From the NCBI RefSeq assembly GCF_000281045.1, contig NW_008246075.1, positions 576,970 through 640,969 on the forward strand: a stretch of DNA of 64,000 nucleotides, written 5' to 3'. Of this stretch, positions 12,564-25,301 are shown piece after piece. The notes below the pieces were generated by a model. It saw nothing but the letters and a program-made list of their open reading frames with translations, did not search any database and had not been told where the DNA came from. Source of the DNA: Saprolegnia diclina VS20 (taxonomy: Eukaryota). The stretch's first letter is position 1, and each line of letters begins with the position of its first letter. The position numbers and the translations under genes were made by a program.

Positions 12564-12740
12564 TTAAAAGCCGCCGGCCGGGGCCTCGGGCTGCACCCAC
12601 GGCAGCAGCACCATGAGGAGGTCGACATCCGGATCGCTCTTCAGGCCGAGGTAGATGACGAGCGGGAGGAAGCCGTAGTGGACGACGGGCTTGACCATCT
12701 TCATGACCTGGTTCGTGCGCACCTTGACCTGCTTGTACAT
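12564..12740 (-). CDS. TOM7: Mitochondrial outer-membrane translocase subunit Tom7
   Basis: 58-aa ORF from ATG 12740 with the Tom7 motif KPVVHYGFLPLVIYLG followed by a Pro-containing tail. Confidence 0.82.
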   Translation of the reverse strand: MYKQVKVRTNQVMKMVKPVVHYGFLPLVIYLGLKSDPDVDLLMVLLPWVQPEAPAGGF

Positions 12741-13273
12741 GCTGCTTCTCGTCGTCTTCGCGAAGAATGAATGGATGGCGCCCCTCTGTGGTCGTAATAC
12801 TATTGATTTCCACAGGTTTCCGGATACACGATCATCCGGATACACAGCAGCAAGAGTCTAAAATCACGCCATCGAGTCGGAAGATCGCAATGCGACGGCA
12901 CGCGAGCCAAGTATCCAGGATCGCTGCCGCGTCGTTCGCTCGAGTACAGAGCAGCGCAAATAGTATCAACAAAAGCTTGATGTGGCGGTGCTTTAGAGGC
13001 TTGCAGGCTTGATACATGGCGCATAGGATATCGCTAGTATCCAGACTGGGACTGTATCGCGCCATAAAGATATGGACATCGCGAGCCCGTCGAGTCCAAC
13101 GGCGACGCCAGGATGCAGGCTCACGCACAGCAGTACCAGGTACTTGTGTGCAGTGGTACCCACACGGAAGCTTTCGGAAGATCATGCACAATATTGTCAA
13201 GCGCAATCAGGCAACCTAAATTTGTTGACAATATACATAAATACTTATTGATGCTAGCACCACCACCAGCGCT

Positions 13274-13984
13274 CTACGGAACAGGTCCAATGACCGCGCG
13301 GCAGACGGGGCAGTTGGCGTTCTGGCGTATCCATTCGATAACGCATTCTTCGTGGTACACGTGGCCGCACGGTAGCTGGACAGTTGCCAGCGCGGGCACA
13401 TTCGCGTGTTGCCATGGTTCAAGGCAGATGCTACAGCCACCGCCGAGCGCCGTCGGCGGCTCAATGTCAGTGAGGTTCATCACCGCGATCGCGAGCCGGT
13501 TGCGGGCGCTCGTGACATCGTCCGGGATCATGAGAAACTCGCGCAAAATCACGTAAAAGTGCAGTACTTGGTTGGCCAAGGCCGACGCGCTCACGTCGGC
13601 GACCTCGAGGCTCGTGAGCAGCGTGTATGCCGAAAGCACTTCGAACACAAAGCGCTCGACGAGGTCGCGGTCGTCGTCGGTGCTGGCCGCAAACGTCGTC
13701 GCGTGGAGCTTGGTCGCAATGTCGAGCACGTGCTCCAGAAGGCGTTCAATGTGGCCGTCCGCGCTCCACGGCTCGGTCGGGTCGGTGTGCATGGCCTCGA
13801 CGAGACGCGCGAGCTGGACGCGGAAAGCCTCGAGCTTGGCCTTGCTCACGCCGGCAACCCACGTTGCATTTGGTGCAATCGCGGTCTGGATCGTGACGCG
13901 GTAGACGAGCTTGGCGCCGACGTAGAGCGCGTGGCACTGCGTCGCGTAGCCGTCCATGCGCAAGCTTTGCAGTCGGCGTTGCAT
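13274..13984 (-). CDS. RING-H2 finger E3 ligase-like protein
   Basis: C-terminal CSICLE...LPCGHVYHEECVIEWIRQNANCPVCR. First ATG at 13984 (alternative MDGY start downstream). Confidence 0.88.
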   Translation of the reverse strand: MQRRLQSLRMDGYATQCHALYVGAKLVYRVTIQTAIAPNATWVAGVSKAKLEAFRVQLARLVEAMHTDPTEPWSADGHIERLLEHVLDIATKLHATTFAASTDDDRDLVERFVFEVLSAYTLLTSLEVADVSASALANQVLHFYVILREFLMIPDDVTSARNRLAIAVMNLTDIEPPTALGGGCSICLEPWQHANVPALATVQLPCGHVYHEECVIEWIRQNANCPVCRAVIGPVP

Positions 13985-14693
13985 GCTCCTAGATCTCTCG
14001 CCCGTCTTGGGACCAGTGCAATGGAAAATGACCCGACAGGTGCTCCTCAAGTGGCAACAGAGTGGCCTTCATGCCGTGAGCTTCTGCCAATCTGGAAAAA
14101 AGTAACGGAAGAATATGCGCTCGAGGTTGCCCGCGACCAAATCCGCAGGCCGCTGTAATTCCGTAACTGCATGTCGCGATTTTTTCGAAGTCGCTCCAAC
14201 GTGCTGGACGCGTGCGATACGATAACGGGGTTGCCACGGCAGTAGCCGTTTAGTAGAAAGGACAACCTTTTTGGGCCACGCGCGCGGCTTGCTTCGGCGA
14301 CGGAAGGAAGCGACCGCCCACAGTGGCTTGTAGCACTGGCCATGGAATGCACTTCGCAGCAGTCCAGACACAAGTGTACTACGCCTCATCTAGCGCGACA
14401 TGGCACCTCGTACACGCGTCTTCTACAGCACCATAGTGGTCGCAAGAGCGTCCTGCGTGACGAGGTTGCATGCCGTCGCGCCACTGGCGACTGGCCGATA
14501 TCGAACGCAGGAGCTTCGATGCACAACCTTTCCGGTCGACGACACCAAGATCGCTTGACGCCCTTGGATCCCATTGGCACAACGACAACCTTTTGCGACA
14601 TGTAGAATCTTTGGCCTGGATTTGTACATTTCGAGACGAGGTGGTAGATCTTATTGTTCGATGGACGGGACTTGGTATTCTTTGTACTAGATC

Positions 14694-17600
14694 TTAGTGC
14701 TTTGGCTTGTGCTTGGCACTCAGGATGCGCGCTTCGAGGCGCACTTGCTTGGCCTCTGGCGACGCTCGAAGCTCGACACAGTGGCCGAGCACCGCGCTGG
14801 CATGTGGCGGAAGCTGGCGCGCCTTGGGCAAACTCGTTGCTTTTCGCAGCGCAAGGCCTGGCACGCTTGGATCGACGCCCATATCAACGGCGCCAAAGAG
14901 CGGGTCGAGCAACAAGAAGGGGTACTTTCGGGCCTCGGCCGCCTTGGGTCGACTGAAGCGGTACGGCTCGTCACTCTTCTTGACGACCGGCTTGTCGGTC
15001 GTTGCAGTCGGCTTGTCGGGCGTCGGACACGGCCCCGGCGGTCGCGTGTGCCGCAAATCACTGCTTGGTACGAGGCTGGGCACCGCATTACTGGCTTGCA
15101 GCGGCGACGTGGGGCGGCTCGGGTTGTTTCTCACAGGGTGCGGGAGCTCGAGCGGCGATCGACTCGTATGGTTCATATCGAGTAGGGCAGGAAGACTCAC
15201 GCTGCGCCCTTCTGGACTCATGGCATGCTGTGGCGATTGTTTGCTTGGGGATCTAGCGCAATGGCGTTGTCGATCGCACCGACGTTGTACAAAGCAGCAA
15301 CTACCGTCGCGGCGGACTCTCTTGGCCAAGCGACTGCTTCAGCCGCTGCTCGTCTAGCACATCGCACGTGAGCTCTGGCGATAGCAGCAGGCAACTGTAC
15401 AGGCTTGGGTCTTCTTGGCGTAGTCCCCCATGTGCCGCAGCGTTTCGCGCGCCATTTCGCCGAGGGACTTGGCGCCGCGGGATGTGATTTTGGCTTTTTG
15501 CATCTCCAAGTGGAACGAACAGCCAATGCGAAGCAGGTCGTCTTGGACGTTTGCATTGGCGAGCGCCGCTTGCACCGTGTCGGACGGGACCAAGGCAATG
15601 CCGAGAACGATCTGCAGCGCGCTCTCCAGCGCAGGCAGGGAACACGACGGCTCGTGGTCGCGGTACGTCGTTAGCAAGGCCGCGCAGTGCTTGAGGACAC
15701 CGACGGACAGGAGCGGCGGGATGCAGCGCATGTGGTCGAGGGCCAACGCGCCTAGTGCGCCCATCGCTTGCTCGTGCCTACCCAGAGACGCTCCCACAAG
15801 CAGTTCGAGCTAGAACATACATGACGGCTGTTGACACAAAGCTCGGCGTTGACTCGAGCATCACGATAGCGACCGAGTGGACGTGGTGGCGCAAGAAGAG
15901 CTCGTTGACGTTCCCGAGGCCGATCGCATTGGTGTGCGCCATGGCGTGGACAAGCCGCATCAGCTCCGTGCGGCACCACTCGTCTTGCTTGGTTGACTCG
16001 CTTTGCAAATGCAGGCGCTTCAAGATGCGCGGGAGCATGTTGAGCTTGGCGACCGCGGCGCGGCCCTCCGGCACGCGGCAGAGTGTCGCGACAAGCGTAT
16101 AAAACGTCGATGGCAGCGCGAGCAGCCTAGCTAGCGCGTGGAATCCGAGTCCTTTTCGCTGCGTACTTTTCATCGTGGACGCTGGTGGCCGTCACGTTCG
16201 TGGTACGCACCCCCGAGGCGTCCGGGAGACTGCTCGGGACGTTGGGCACGAGCGTGGACGCCACGTCCATGCAGCGGTAGCTCAGCAGTAGCGACGCCGA
16301 TGCATTCGTGCACGCGAGCTGCGAGAGGGTCTTGCAGCACCACTTGAGAACGCGCGGCAACGGCTCATCGGACGCGAGCGTGCGCAACACCGCGGTCGCC
16401 GCCCTACATGGGCGTCGTGATCCTCTCTTGATGATACTCTCAGAGATCACCCTTCGATGAGCCGTGTGCAGAGCGCTTGGAGCGTCTCGAGCGTTAGCAC
16501 CACGTCGCGCGGCGGAGATCCAACTGTGACGAGCGTTGTCTCGTGGTTGAGCAGCGGCGACGGACACACGAGCCCGACGAGCTGCAGCGCGCTCTTGACC
16601 GCGTCCGTGTCGGCGGCAACACAGTCACAGACCAGACTAGACAGGTCAATTTGCACCCAATTGTCGTCAGGAACGAGCGTACTTGGGCGGCCGTATGTAC
16701 GCAACGACATCTTCGATCGCGTGGATCTTCAGCAACGTCTGCGCAATGCTGACCTGCGCTGCCACGAGCAGGCTCGGGCCGAGATGCGGCTGCATCTGCA
16801 CACGCAGACAGCGGAGAAGCGCGCGCATGGCGGCCGCCGTGCTCTGCAGATGCAACTGCATTTCGTGCGGCAAGAGACCGTGGTCAACCTCGTCCATGCG
16901 GTTGGTCTGGAGCACGAGCGCAACGTGGCGCAGCACGTCGTCTCGAAACGCAAGCCGCGCCGCAATCGCCTTGACCCGCGTCAAACTCGCCAAAATGACC
17001 GTGCTCGCGTGCCTACGAAAAGGAAAATCGTGGACAAACCTAGTCCACTATCGTTGTTAGACCGCTGGTAGCGCGTCTGCGGGTGCGCGTTGGTCTGGAG
17101 CGGCTGTACGAGCACTTCGAGGACCACCTCGAGCGCGTTCGTGCGCACGAGGTAGACGCCGACGCGCCCGTCGTCATTATCCGCGCACGCGAGCAAGAGA
17201 AAGTCAAATGTAAAGTTCAGCAGCGCAGGCGGCGGCAGCGCCAAGACCATCTCGAGGCTGTCGGCCGACGGACCAAAGCTCAGCGGCGACGGCGACGCGA
17301 GGCTCGTGATGACAAGGAGCCCCAGCACAAAGCGGTAACCTACGCGATAGGTTCGTACGTATCAACTTGCGTCAGAAGAGCGCACTGTTGCCGGAGCGGC
17401 GAAACCCAGGCCCACACAGTGGCGTCACCAGCAGCACAAGCCCTGCCGTTGTGAGCGCGTCCCGGCCTTCGTCCGTCGCACCGAGTGCAAAAAGCAGCTG
17501 AAGCGACGCGAGACCAATCGCGAGCTCCTCGCTCGTGAGGCAGCCCACGATGGCCTCGAGGTATCGGCCGGCGTTGCGCGTCACAACATCGACGAGCGCC

Positions 17601-19319
17601 AAGTACCCAATGCTCGCGTGCGCCATCTTGTGCAATACCTAACCACAGTGGCGGCTCGGCGCTGGAAACGTTCGGAGTACCTCGAGGGCCGGGAGGGTCA
17701 GCGCCGGGTGCCCCACGAGCCGCAAGAGACTCTGAAAGGTGCGCGGGGCGACCACACGCTCGGCAATGATCGCGGGGAGCGCGCGATTGAGAAACGCAGC
17801 GTCTTCGTCGTCGACCGACGTGCCATTGCTAGTGCTATTGCTATTGCTGGTCGTGGCGGAGGCAGTTGTAAGGACTGATCGGCGCGTGGATCGCAGTCGC
17901 GAAGCTTTCTTTTCAACGCCGCGCGGTCGCGTCAGCTGCAGCACCATGGCACTCATGCTCTTGCACGCAGCATCGAGAAAGGCCAGGGACGCTGTCGTCG
18001 TGGTGTCGGACCCTACCCCTACCCCAGCACCATACACCACCACGTATATTTGCCGCACGATCGACGTACCCCGCAGATCGGTGGCGATCAAGTTGTCGGC
18101 AATGTATCCGACAATGTTCGAGAGCAGGACGTCGCCAATGCGGTCCTTGTCGTGGGCGAGGATCGTAAAGAGACGCAGCGCCATGAGCTCGAGCTCGCGG
18201 TCGGTACGTTGCCGGACGCACTGAACGAGCCAGACGATCGCGCCCGTGTGGTGCAATTTGCGGAAATCTTGCCGGCCTGCGTCGTTTCGGTGGTCGAACT
18301 CATATTGCACCAGCGCCCAAACGATGCGCATGTAGGCCAGCTGGGCCCGCGGCGGCAGCGACGCTCCGTGGTGCGCAGCGCGGATCTCCTTTTGCTGTCG
18401 CTGGAGGTCCATCGTCTTGGCCAAGTTGACGGCACGGGCGCGCAGCCGCGCTTCCAACGAGATCTCGCGCCGGCGAAGGCTTCGCTCAAACACGAGGCGT
18501 CGCCGGGCGTGCTGCAGAACGCGCGCCGCGCAGTCCATGCGGCGCAAGACGCAGTGCAGCGCGCGGAGCACCTACGAGTCCCTCTATGGCTTGAAGGCTT
18601 GTTTCCGTATGGATGGCCCACCGCGTTTTCATTGGCGAGCTCGATCGGGTATGCGCCCGTAAAGATCGCGACGAGCTCGGCCATGTTGAAGATGTGCGTG
18701 GCATTTGTCGTCGCCGAGAGCTTTGTAAACGCCTTGTTGGTGAGCATCGGCAAGTTGTTGTCGTTGTACGCATACGCCTCTACCACAGAGAATAAGATGA
18801 CGCTGAGCGCGTCACGAAGGCGGCTGTACCAGGGTGCAGCTTGTTGAGGTGCAAGAGCATTTGTATCGCGAGGTCGCGCCGCCGCGGATCGACGCCGCGC
18901 TCGACTTCAATGTACAGCGTCTGAATAGCTTCGTAGATCTTGACCGTGTTCCAAAATCGCGTGTCCCACTCCTCGGCCATGAGAATTTGGTCCTACAAAG
19001 GCATGGATGATGCACAGGCGGCGGCGATCGAACGAGGTACGAGCTCGGATTTGTGTAGCGCGCCGTCGTGCTCGGTTGGCGGCGGCTCGAACGAGTGCTC
19101 GATGCGCTTCTTGTGCCGTGTGGAGCTCTTGGTTTTCGTCAGCTTGTGCCCTTGGCTCTCGAGGTGGAGCGTGCTGGCGCCAATCTCGCGCAAATGATCG
19201 ACATCGACGCTGTGCATGGACGCGCGGTGCGCGCGGTGGAGCTCGGCCGCGTCCTGCGCCACCTTGACGGTCCGCGCGACAGGCGTTGGCCCGACCGCGA
19301 GCTCCCATGGCTCGGCCAT
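14694..19319 (-). CDS. Large multi-exon helical-repeat (armadillo-like) hypothetical protein with an IQ-like segment
   Basis: A chain of consecutive minus-strand Leu/Ala-rich ORFs separated by short GT-AG introns runs from MAEPWELAVG (19319) to ...KHKPKH* (14694). AARVLQHARRR is IQ-like. Exon boundaries were not all resolved. Confidence 0.6.
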
Positions 19320-19387
19320 GGTCTGTCTACAAAATGGCGGTTTCACCTGCGCACCAATGGCCTTGCGGCATTGTAACGACTGCAAGC

Positions 19388-20541
19388 ATGAGCTCGGGCC
19401 TGTACGAGCGGCAGATGAAGTGGAAGCGCCATGGCGAGAAGAAGGTACTGCACATAAGATGACATGGCCGCATGCGACGGGCGTGTAGCTAGCGCTGGAA
19501 GCTCGGCGCCTCGACGACGACCGCCATGGCCCGTGCACGTTCACGCCCAAGGTAGCACATACGTTGCGCACGGTGCATCCAACGCTTGGTAGACGAACCG
19601 CGAGTCGCGTGCGCGAATACCAGACGCGAGCAAGCTCACGCACCGCGCCGAAGTCCACGCGATGCAGACGCATGTCGCGCGGCAGCACAAGGCGCGCCAA
19701 GTGCAGGACGAAGCGTCCAAGCGGTACACCTGGAAATCAACCCGTTAGGAAGCCTCCATCGCAGCTGTCTTTCGGAGTAGCGCGTACTTTCTCTCGACCA
19801 ACAAGAACTTTGAGCTCACGACGACGTGCAAGCCATTTCCGCTGAGCAAAACGAACCGCGTCTCCCGCAGCGTACCGTCCATGCTGGACAATTGGGATGC
19901 ACGTGTCATCCTTGGCTTGTAGCCGACGCGGCAGCGCGCGCAGTCTCTCTCGCCGCGCAAGTCCGAGTCGATGCACCACCACGGCGGGCGCAAGCAGTCG
20001 GCGCCCGACACGCCGACCCACCGCGATTCGCCGCGGGCGTCGTCGTTTGTGCATATGTCGTCCAACAACGACCTCGACCGACAAGTGCAACGGGTCCTCG
20101 ACCACCGCGGCGCGCTCGACGACAAGGCCTGGGACAAGTATCCAAATGTTTCAATCTATCGAGCGCGATGTTTTTGCAAACTGTAGAGAGCGCAGCGTGC
20201 TCCTGAGCATCATTGACGCCCAGCGCCACGAGCTCAAGCTGCGCGAGAAGGTTCACAGCGACGCGGCCAAGATCGCCGACAAATTCGCCACGTCCGTTTT
20301 GGCGTTTGAAGAGCGGCTTGTTGCGAGTGCGATGACCACTACTTGTGACAACCGAAAGGTTAACCGGTTGTACCTAGTCGAGACCAAACACCGTGCCGAG
20401 CTGAGCGAGATGCGCCGGACCATGGAGCGGTCGCAGGCGTCGCTGCAGCAAATTCTGCATGCGCTCGGTGTGCCATCATCGAGCGATGACAAGCCACCGA
20501 CGTCCAAATCGATGAGCAAGCTCGAGAAAGCATCCACGTAA
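19388..20541 (+). CDS. Multi-exon hypothetical protein with LYER...CTFTPK motif and C-terminal coiled coil
   Basis: Spliced by eye: MSSGLYERQMKWKRHGEKK|LALEARRLDDDRHGPCTFTPK|TNRESR... through ...LEKAST*, with canonical GT-AG junctions. An in-frame upstream ATG lies at 19334. Confidence 0.6.
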
Positions 20542-20590
20542 CATGAACAAGTAGAGCACATGCATGACGACGGCTTTGTTTGCCGACTCG

Positions 20591-22431
20591 TTACGTGCGA
20601 ACGGAGATCTTATCGGCGTGGAGACGGTCCTTGACCTCCGAGATCTTGACCTCTTGGCGATGAAAGATCCCGGCAGCCAAGGCCGCGTCGCAGTTGGTCG
20701 TGCGAAAGACGTCAGTAAAGTGCGACGGTTTGCCCGCGCCGCTCGACGCAACCACCGGGATCGTCACCGACTGCTTGACGAGCCGAACCAAGTCGAGGTC
20801 GTACCCGGCGTTCTGGCCGTCCATGTCGACGCAGTTCAACAGGATCTCACCTGCGCCAAGGGCTTCGCACGCCTAGTTTCCGCGTCCATATCAATGTTTC
20901 AATGGATCGTGGTACCTGGGTGAGCTCGACGACGTCCATGTCCCGGCCTTCGCGCCCGCCCTTGACCATGACCTGGTACCAGCAGTGCGTCTCGCCGTTG
21001 GGGCCGCTTTGGTGCTGCAGCGCAACGACGCGGTGGCGCGTCTCGGCTTGCGAGTGTACGTACACGCGGCGCGGGTCGACGGAAATGACGACCGCTTGGC
21101 GGCCATAGACGGTCGAGATTTGCTCGATTGACGTCGACTGTGACAGCACCTTGTTGGCCGCGTAGTAGCCTTCGGCGGCGTCGACGGCGTCACTGCCGAT
21201 CGACACCTTGTCGGCGCCCGCGCGGAAGTAGCGCGCGGCCACGTCGAGCGCCGACCAAGCGCGTCCGCTGTCGTCTGTGTAGCCTCGGATGCCGCCGCCG
21301 ACCGTGAGCGGCACAAACACCTACGCCACGTCATCAGAATCCGACTAAGAAAAGTAAGACTACGAACTCTACCTCTTTTGAGGACGCTTCAAGGACCGCG
21401 AGCATCGGGGTGTCGCCGAGCGGCTGTTCGCGAAAGCTCGTAATGTTGAGAAAAGCCACTTCGTCGGCGCCCTAAACCCGACCACAGTGAGCCATCCTGC
21501 AGTACGAGCGGCGCATGTACTTCGTTGTAGTAGCGCGTGCAGAGCTCGACGGGCTTGCCCATGTTGCGCACGTTTCCGCCGTCGCTGGCTTCGCGGACGT
21601 CGTACTGGTCGCCTTTGGTCACAACGAGGTCGCCGTGGTCGTTCGAGCGCACGTCGAGGCAGCTACGAACGCCATGAGATCCCGGGTTTTCATGTACATG
21701 AATACATACGCAATGACGCGCTTGCAGAGCGTGGTCGGCGGCGCCACCGTCTCGAACGCATGGAGCGGCAAGGTCGGAGCGACCACCGCGGCGCCTTCGA
21801 GGAAGCCTTTCAGCATCTGGAGGCCGACGGCGCCGCTCTTCTCGGGGTGGAACTGCGTGGCCATGACGTTGCCGTGCTGGATCGCGCTGATAAACTCGAC
21901 GTCGCCATAGTTGGTCGTCGTGAGGACCCACTCGCGGTTCGCGTCCGTCGGCGTCGCGCGGAACGAGTGCACGAAGTAGACATTGGCGTCGTTTTCGAGC
22001 TGCGAAAAGAGCGGCGACGCCTTGCGCGCGTTCACGCCGTTCCAGCCAATGTGCGGCACGGCCAGCGACGTCGTTGGGAACTTGGTCACGATACCTGGCA
22101 CGACGCCGAGGCCCTCGACGCCCGGGCACTCTTCACTGCCTTCAAAGAGCGTTTGCATGCCGAGGCAGATGCCAAAGAAGCGCTTGTTCGCGCGAATGTA
22201 CGCGCGCAGGGCGTCCACGTACGCGTTCGCATTGAGAAAGTGCATGGCTTGCTGAAAGTTGCCGACGCCGGGAAAGAGGAGCACGTCGGCGGCCGCAATG
22301 TCCTCGACGCACGTGACAAAGGTGGCGTCGTAGCCGAGCGCGTGGAGCGCGTTCGTGAGGCTGCGCACGTTGCCGGCGCCGTAGTCAAGGACCGTCACCG
22401 TCTTGGTCGTCTTGGTTGTCGTGGAGGCCAT
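20591..22431 (-). CDS. HIS7: Bifunctional imidazole glycerol phosphate synthase HisHF
   Basis: Glutaminase half has [16 protein letters not shown] and QFHPEKSG. Cyclase half has [30 protein letters not shown] and VVASSGAG. About four short introns. Confidence 0.95.
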
Positions 22432-22986
22432 TGCGATTCTGGCGACTCGTGGCTGGCTTACCGCGTCCCAAACTGATCTTCGGCCAGCGTCCGGTGTACG
22501 CAATCAAGTGCGAATTAAAATTCTCTTGGCGTTCACGGGTTGTCGAAATCGTTTTTATAAAATAAATACCACATACAAAGCACAAGGTATTTATTCAAGG
22601 CAAGTCGATTATAATAAACAATATACTGCGAGGCGTTATTAAAATGCGCCTCCACAAGCATTTTCAGATAGTACGGATAAACATGTCGATATCCGAAATG
22701 ACGTGGCATCGCCTCAAGCGGGCGATCTTGCAGGGGTGTTGAAGTTGGTGGCGAGAGATCCTCCGCCAACGGAAGCCATTTCGTGCGATACAATCGAGAG
22801 GTAGCGTTAACATGATGGACCATAGTGGTAGGCACACCGAGCGTGGCCACCGCCGTTCGCGTATATATATGCTGTCTAAATTTGGGCGTGGCGCCGCAAG
22901 GCCCAAGATGGCGGCCTTGCCTTGCATGCATATAGAAAGCAGGAGGTGCGAGAAACGGACAGTGTCTTATTTGCAGCGTGAGGAGC

Positions 22987-24963
22987 ATGAGCGAGAAGCT
23001 CAAGGCGGACGTGGTGCCGATCGGACCCCTTGCGCTCACGAATCTCGGCCCGGCGTCGACCAACTCGGAGGCGCGCAAGTCCACGACGAGCTCGGGCAAG
23101 TTTGCGACTTTTTCCAAGCTCGTGGTGCCCGAGCGCGCGCCGTTTCGACACGGTCTCGTGCTCGCCTTGCTCTGCACGGGCTTTGCAACGATCGTGGCCA
23201 TCACAACGTACTACCTCAATCAGATTGCGAATACGCCCATCTTCTTTGGTACGGTCATGGACACGTTCAGCAACAACCCGGAAGAAGTGCCCATTGGCGC
23301 GCTCCTGCGAGGCTCGGGCGTCCTTTCTGCGGTCAGCGCAGGCAGCGCGAATCCGCCGTCGCTCATCGACTTGTACACGACAAGCTGCACCGATGCTGCG
23401 TGCGCGGCGGCCTATGCACCGACGGCGCTCTTGGCGTGGAAGATTCTCGGCAACGCATTTGCGCTCATCCCCAACTTTGACCAAACCGCGTTCCAGGACC
23501 CGGCGCAAACCGTCCAATTCTCCCACATCAACAACCTCGCAGGGAAGAACACGCCGTTGGCGCAGTTTTACATTGACGGCAAGTCGATCGCGATCACGTG
23601 CATGATTCGCCGCGCGAGCTTCTACCTCACGCAACAAGCCGCGTCGACCGCGGTCAACGACGCCCTCGCGTTTTGCTCGCAGCGCAATTACGATGCCAAC
23701 TGGGGCTGCGAAAACGAAGTCGACCCGACTGTCAACACGTACGTGCTCCAGATGAACAAGGGCGTTGCGAGCTTCATTGGCGTCGTCAAGCGCAACCAAG
23801 TGTACATGAACGCGGGTCGTCAAGCCGAGCTCTCGGGCGGTCTCTCGGGCGGCGTCTTTCTCCAGTCCGTGCCCGGTGTCGACGAGTACCAAGGTGGTGT
23901 CGTGCAGGCAAGTGCACCGTGGGACGTGCTTGCCGTGACCAGCTGCGCGACGCTCAACCCGAGTACCAACTCGGGTTGGTTGCTGCAGATGCAAGGCGTC
24001 GTGACGATGACGTGGAAGTGCGACTCGCTCATGCTCACCAACTCGATCGTCCTCTGGGTCATGACGCTCTATTTGGTGCTGCTGCAGACCATTTTCTTGC
24101 GGCGCAGCGTCATTTGCGTCATGCCCGTCTACATGTCCAAGAATGTGGTCGGCGCCGCGATTCTCTTTGTGGCATTCTGGGGCAACGAGAACCTCCAAGC
24201 GCTCTCGACATTTCTGCGCCAAAACCCCGTCGTCGGCTTCAACACGACGTTTTACGCGCTTTGCGGCGCGGCCCAAATCGCTTCGATCGTCGGCATTATG
24301 ACGGGGACTGCGATCCAGATCTGGTTCAACCCGCTCATTGTGACCCAGACTTGGCTCCTCCTCGCGTTCAGTCTTGTCAACTGGGTCGTCGTCTTTGTTC
24401 TCGAGGGGTTTGTGTTTCCCTATGCGAGCTCCAACACGCCGACGACATGCGCGCTCACGTCGTCGACCAACTGCTACACGTTCAGCGCGATTTCCAATAC
24501 GTACTTTGTCTCGGCGATCGTCTGCGGCTTTGTCGTGCTCTTGGCGATCCTCACGATTTACTACGACGCGTACCGCCGCCCCGACCCGATTGTGATTGCC
24601 GCAGAGAACAGCATGCTGCAGTACCTCACGGTCTCGGACTTTTCGACGATTGCGACGACGACGCGCGGGTGCTCGCTCGTCGACAGCAAGAGCGGCGCAA
24701 CGCTCATCGACGAAGGCGTTTTGCTCATCAAGAACATGCTCCACGTCTCCAACTCGAACCTCACGCGTCTCTCCAACGTGCAGTACGAAGTCATCTTTCG
24801 GTTCATTCCGACACGACTGCTCAAGCGCCTCTTCAGCGAGACAGTCGGCTCGATCCTTATTTACAAGGTCGTCGACGGCAAAATCACGGGCGAATTCACG
24901 CACAAGTTTCTCCACGAGATGGAAATCGGCTCGATGGACAAGGTCTCGGGCTATATTTCGTAA
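22987..24963 (+). CDS. Multi-pass transmembrane protein with a Cys-containing extracellular/lumenal region
   Basis: Intronless 658-aa ORF with strong coding-type codon bias, one N-terminal and about 5-6 C-terminal hydrophobic segments. No recognised catalytic motif. Confidence 0.8.
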   Translation: MSEKLKADVVPIGPLALTNLGPASTNSEARKSTTSSGKFATFSKLVVPERAPFRHGLVLALLCTGFATIVAITTYYLNQIANTPIFFGTVMDTFSNNPEEVPIGALLRGSGVLSAVSAGSANPPSLIDLYTTSCTDAACAAAYAPTALLAWKILGNAFALIPNFDQTAFQDPAQTVQFSHINNLAGKNTPLAQFYIDGKSIAITCMIRRASFYLTQQAASTAVNDALAFCSQRNYDANWGCENEVDPTVNTYVLQMNKGVASFIGVVKRNQVYMNAGRQAELSGGLSGGVFLQSVPGVDEYQGGVVQASAPWDVLAVTSCATLNPSTNSGWLLQMQGVVTMTWKCDSLMLTNSIVLWVMTLYLVLLQTIFLRRSVICVMPVYMSKNVVGAAILFVAFWGNENLQALSTFLRQNPVVGFNTTFYALCGAAQIASIVGIMTGTAIQIWFNPLIVTQTWLLLAFSLVNWVVVFVLEGFVFPYASSNTPTTCALTSSTNCYTFSAISNTYFVSAIVCGFVVLLAILTIYYDAYRRPDPIVIAAENSMLQYLTVSDFSTIATTTRGCSLVDSKSGATLIDEGVLLIKNMLHVSNSNLTRLSNVQYEVIFRFIPTRLLKRLFSETVGSILIYKVVDGKITGEFTHKFLHEMEIGSMDKVSGYIS

Positions 24964-25301
24964 ACCAAAACCTTTCTTTCTAAATACATCAATGCTTGTC
25001 GTTCTTGATTTCGACCGCCCAAAGTTTGAGATAGATATAGAAGACGAGTATAACAACGCGCGTTCAGACCTTTAACGTCCCTCTTGAGCGGTGTCGCCAC
25101 ACGGGCGTAAACACGCTACCGGGTCCAAGAACGCGGCCAGCACCTCGAATAACAACACTAAGAAAGGCGTCCGTCCCTGCATCTCTGGCCCCGCCACGCC
25201 CTGAAGGAGCTGGATCAATTTGTTGAGGAGCTCGCTCACTAAATCGTGTCAATGGCCAACGTGTGAAACGGCGAGTCATTGCAGGGATAAATATAAGCAA
25301 C

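Noticed and set aside
14230..14244. RFX X-box-like GTTGCCACGGCAGT
   Set aside because: Imperfect match, and RFX factors are not established in this lineage.
21470..21479. CCCTAAACCC telomere or telomerase-template-like motif
   Set aside because: Single copy coinciding with a HIS7 splice acceptor on the minus strand.
22876..25056. 726-aa antisense ORF (likewise 31839-34064, 35184-37223, 53304-55127, 62316-63260)
   Set aside because: Shadow ORFs caused by strong GC3 codon bias of the real genes on the opposite strand.
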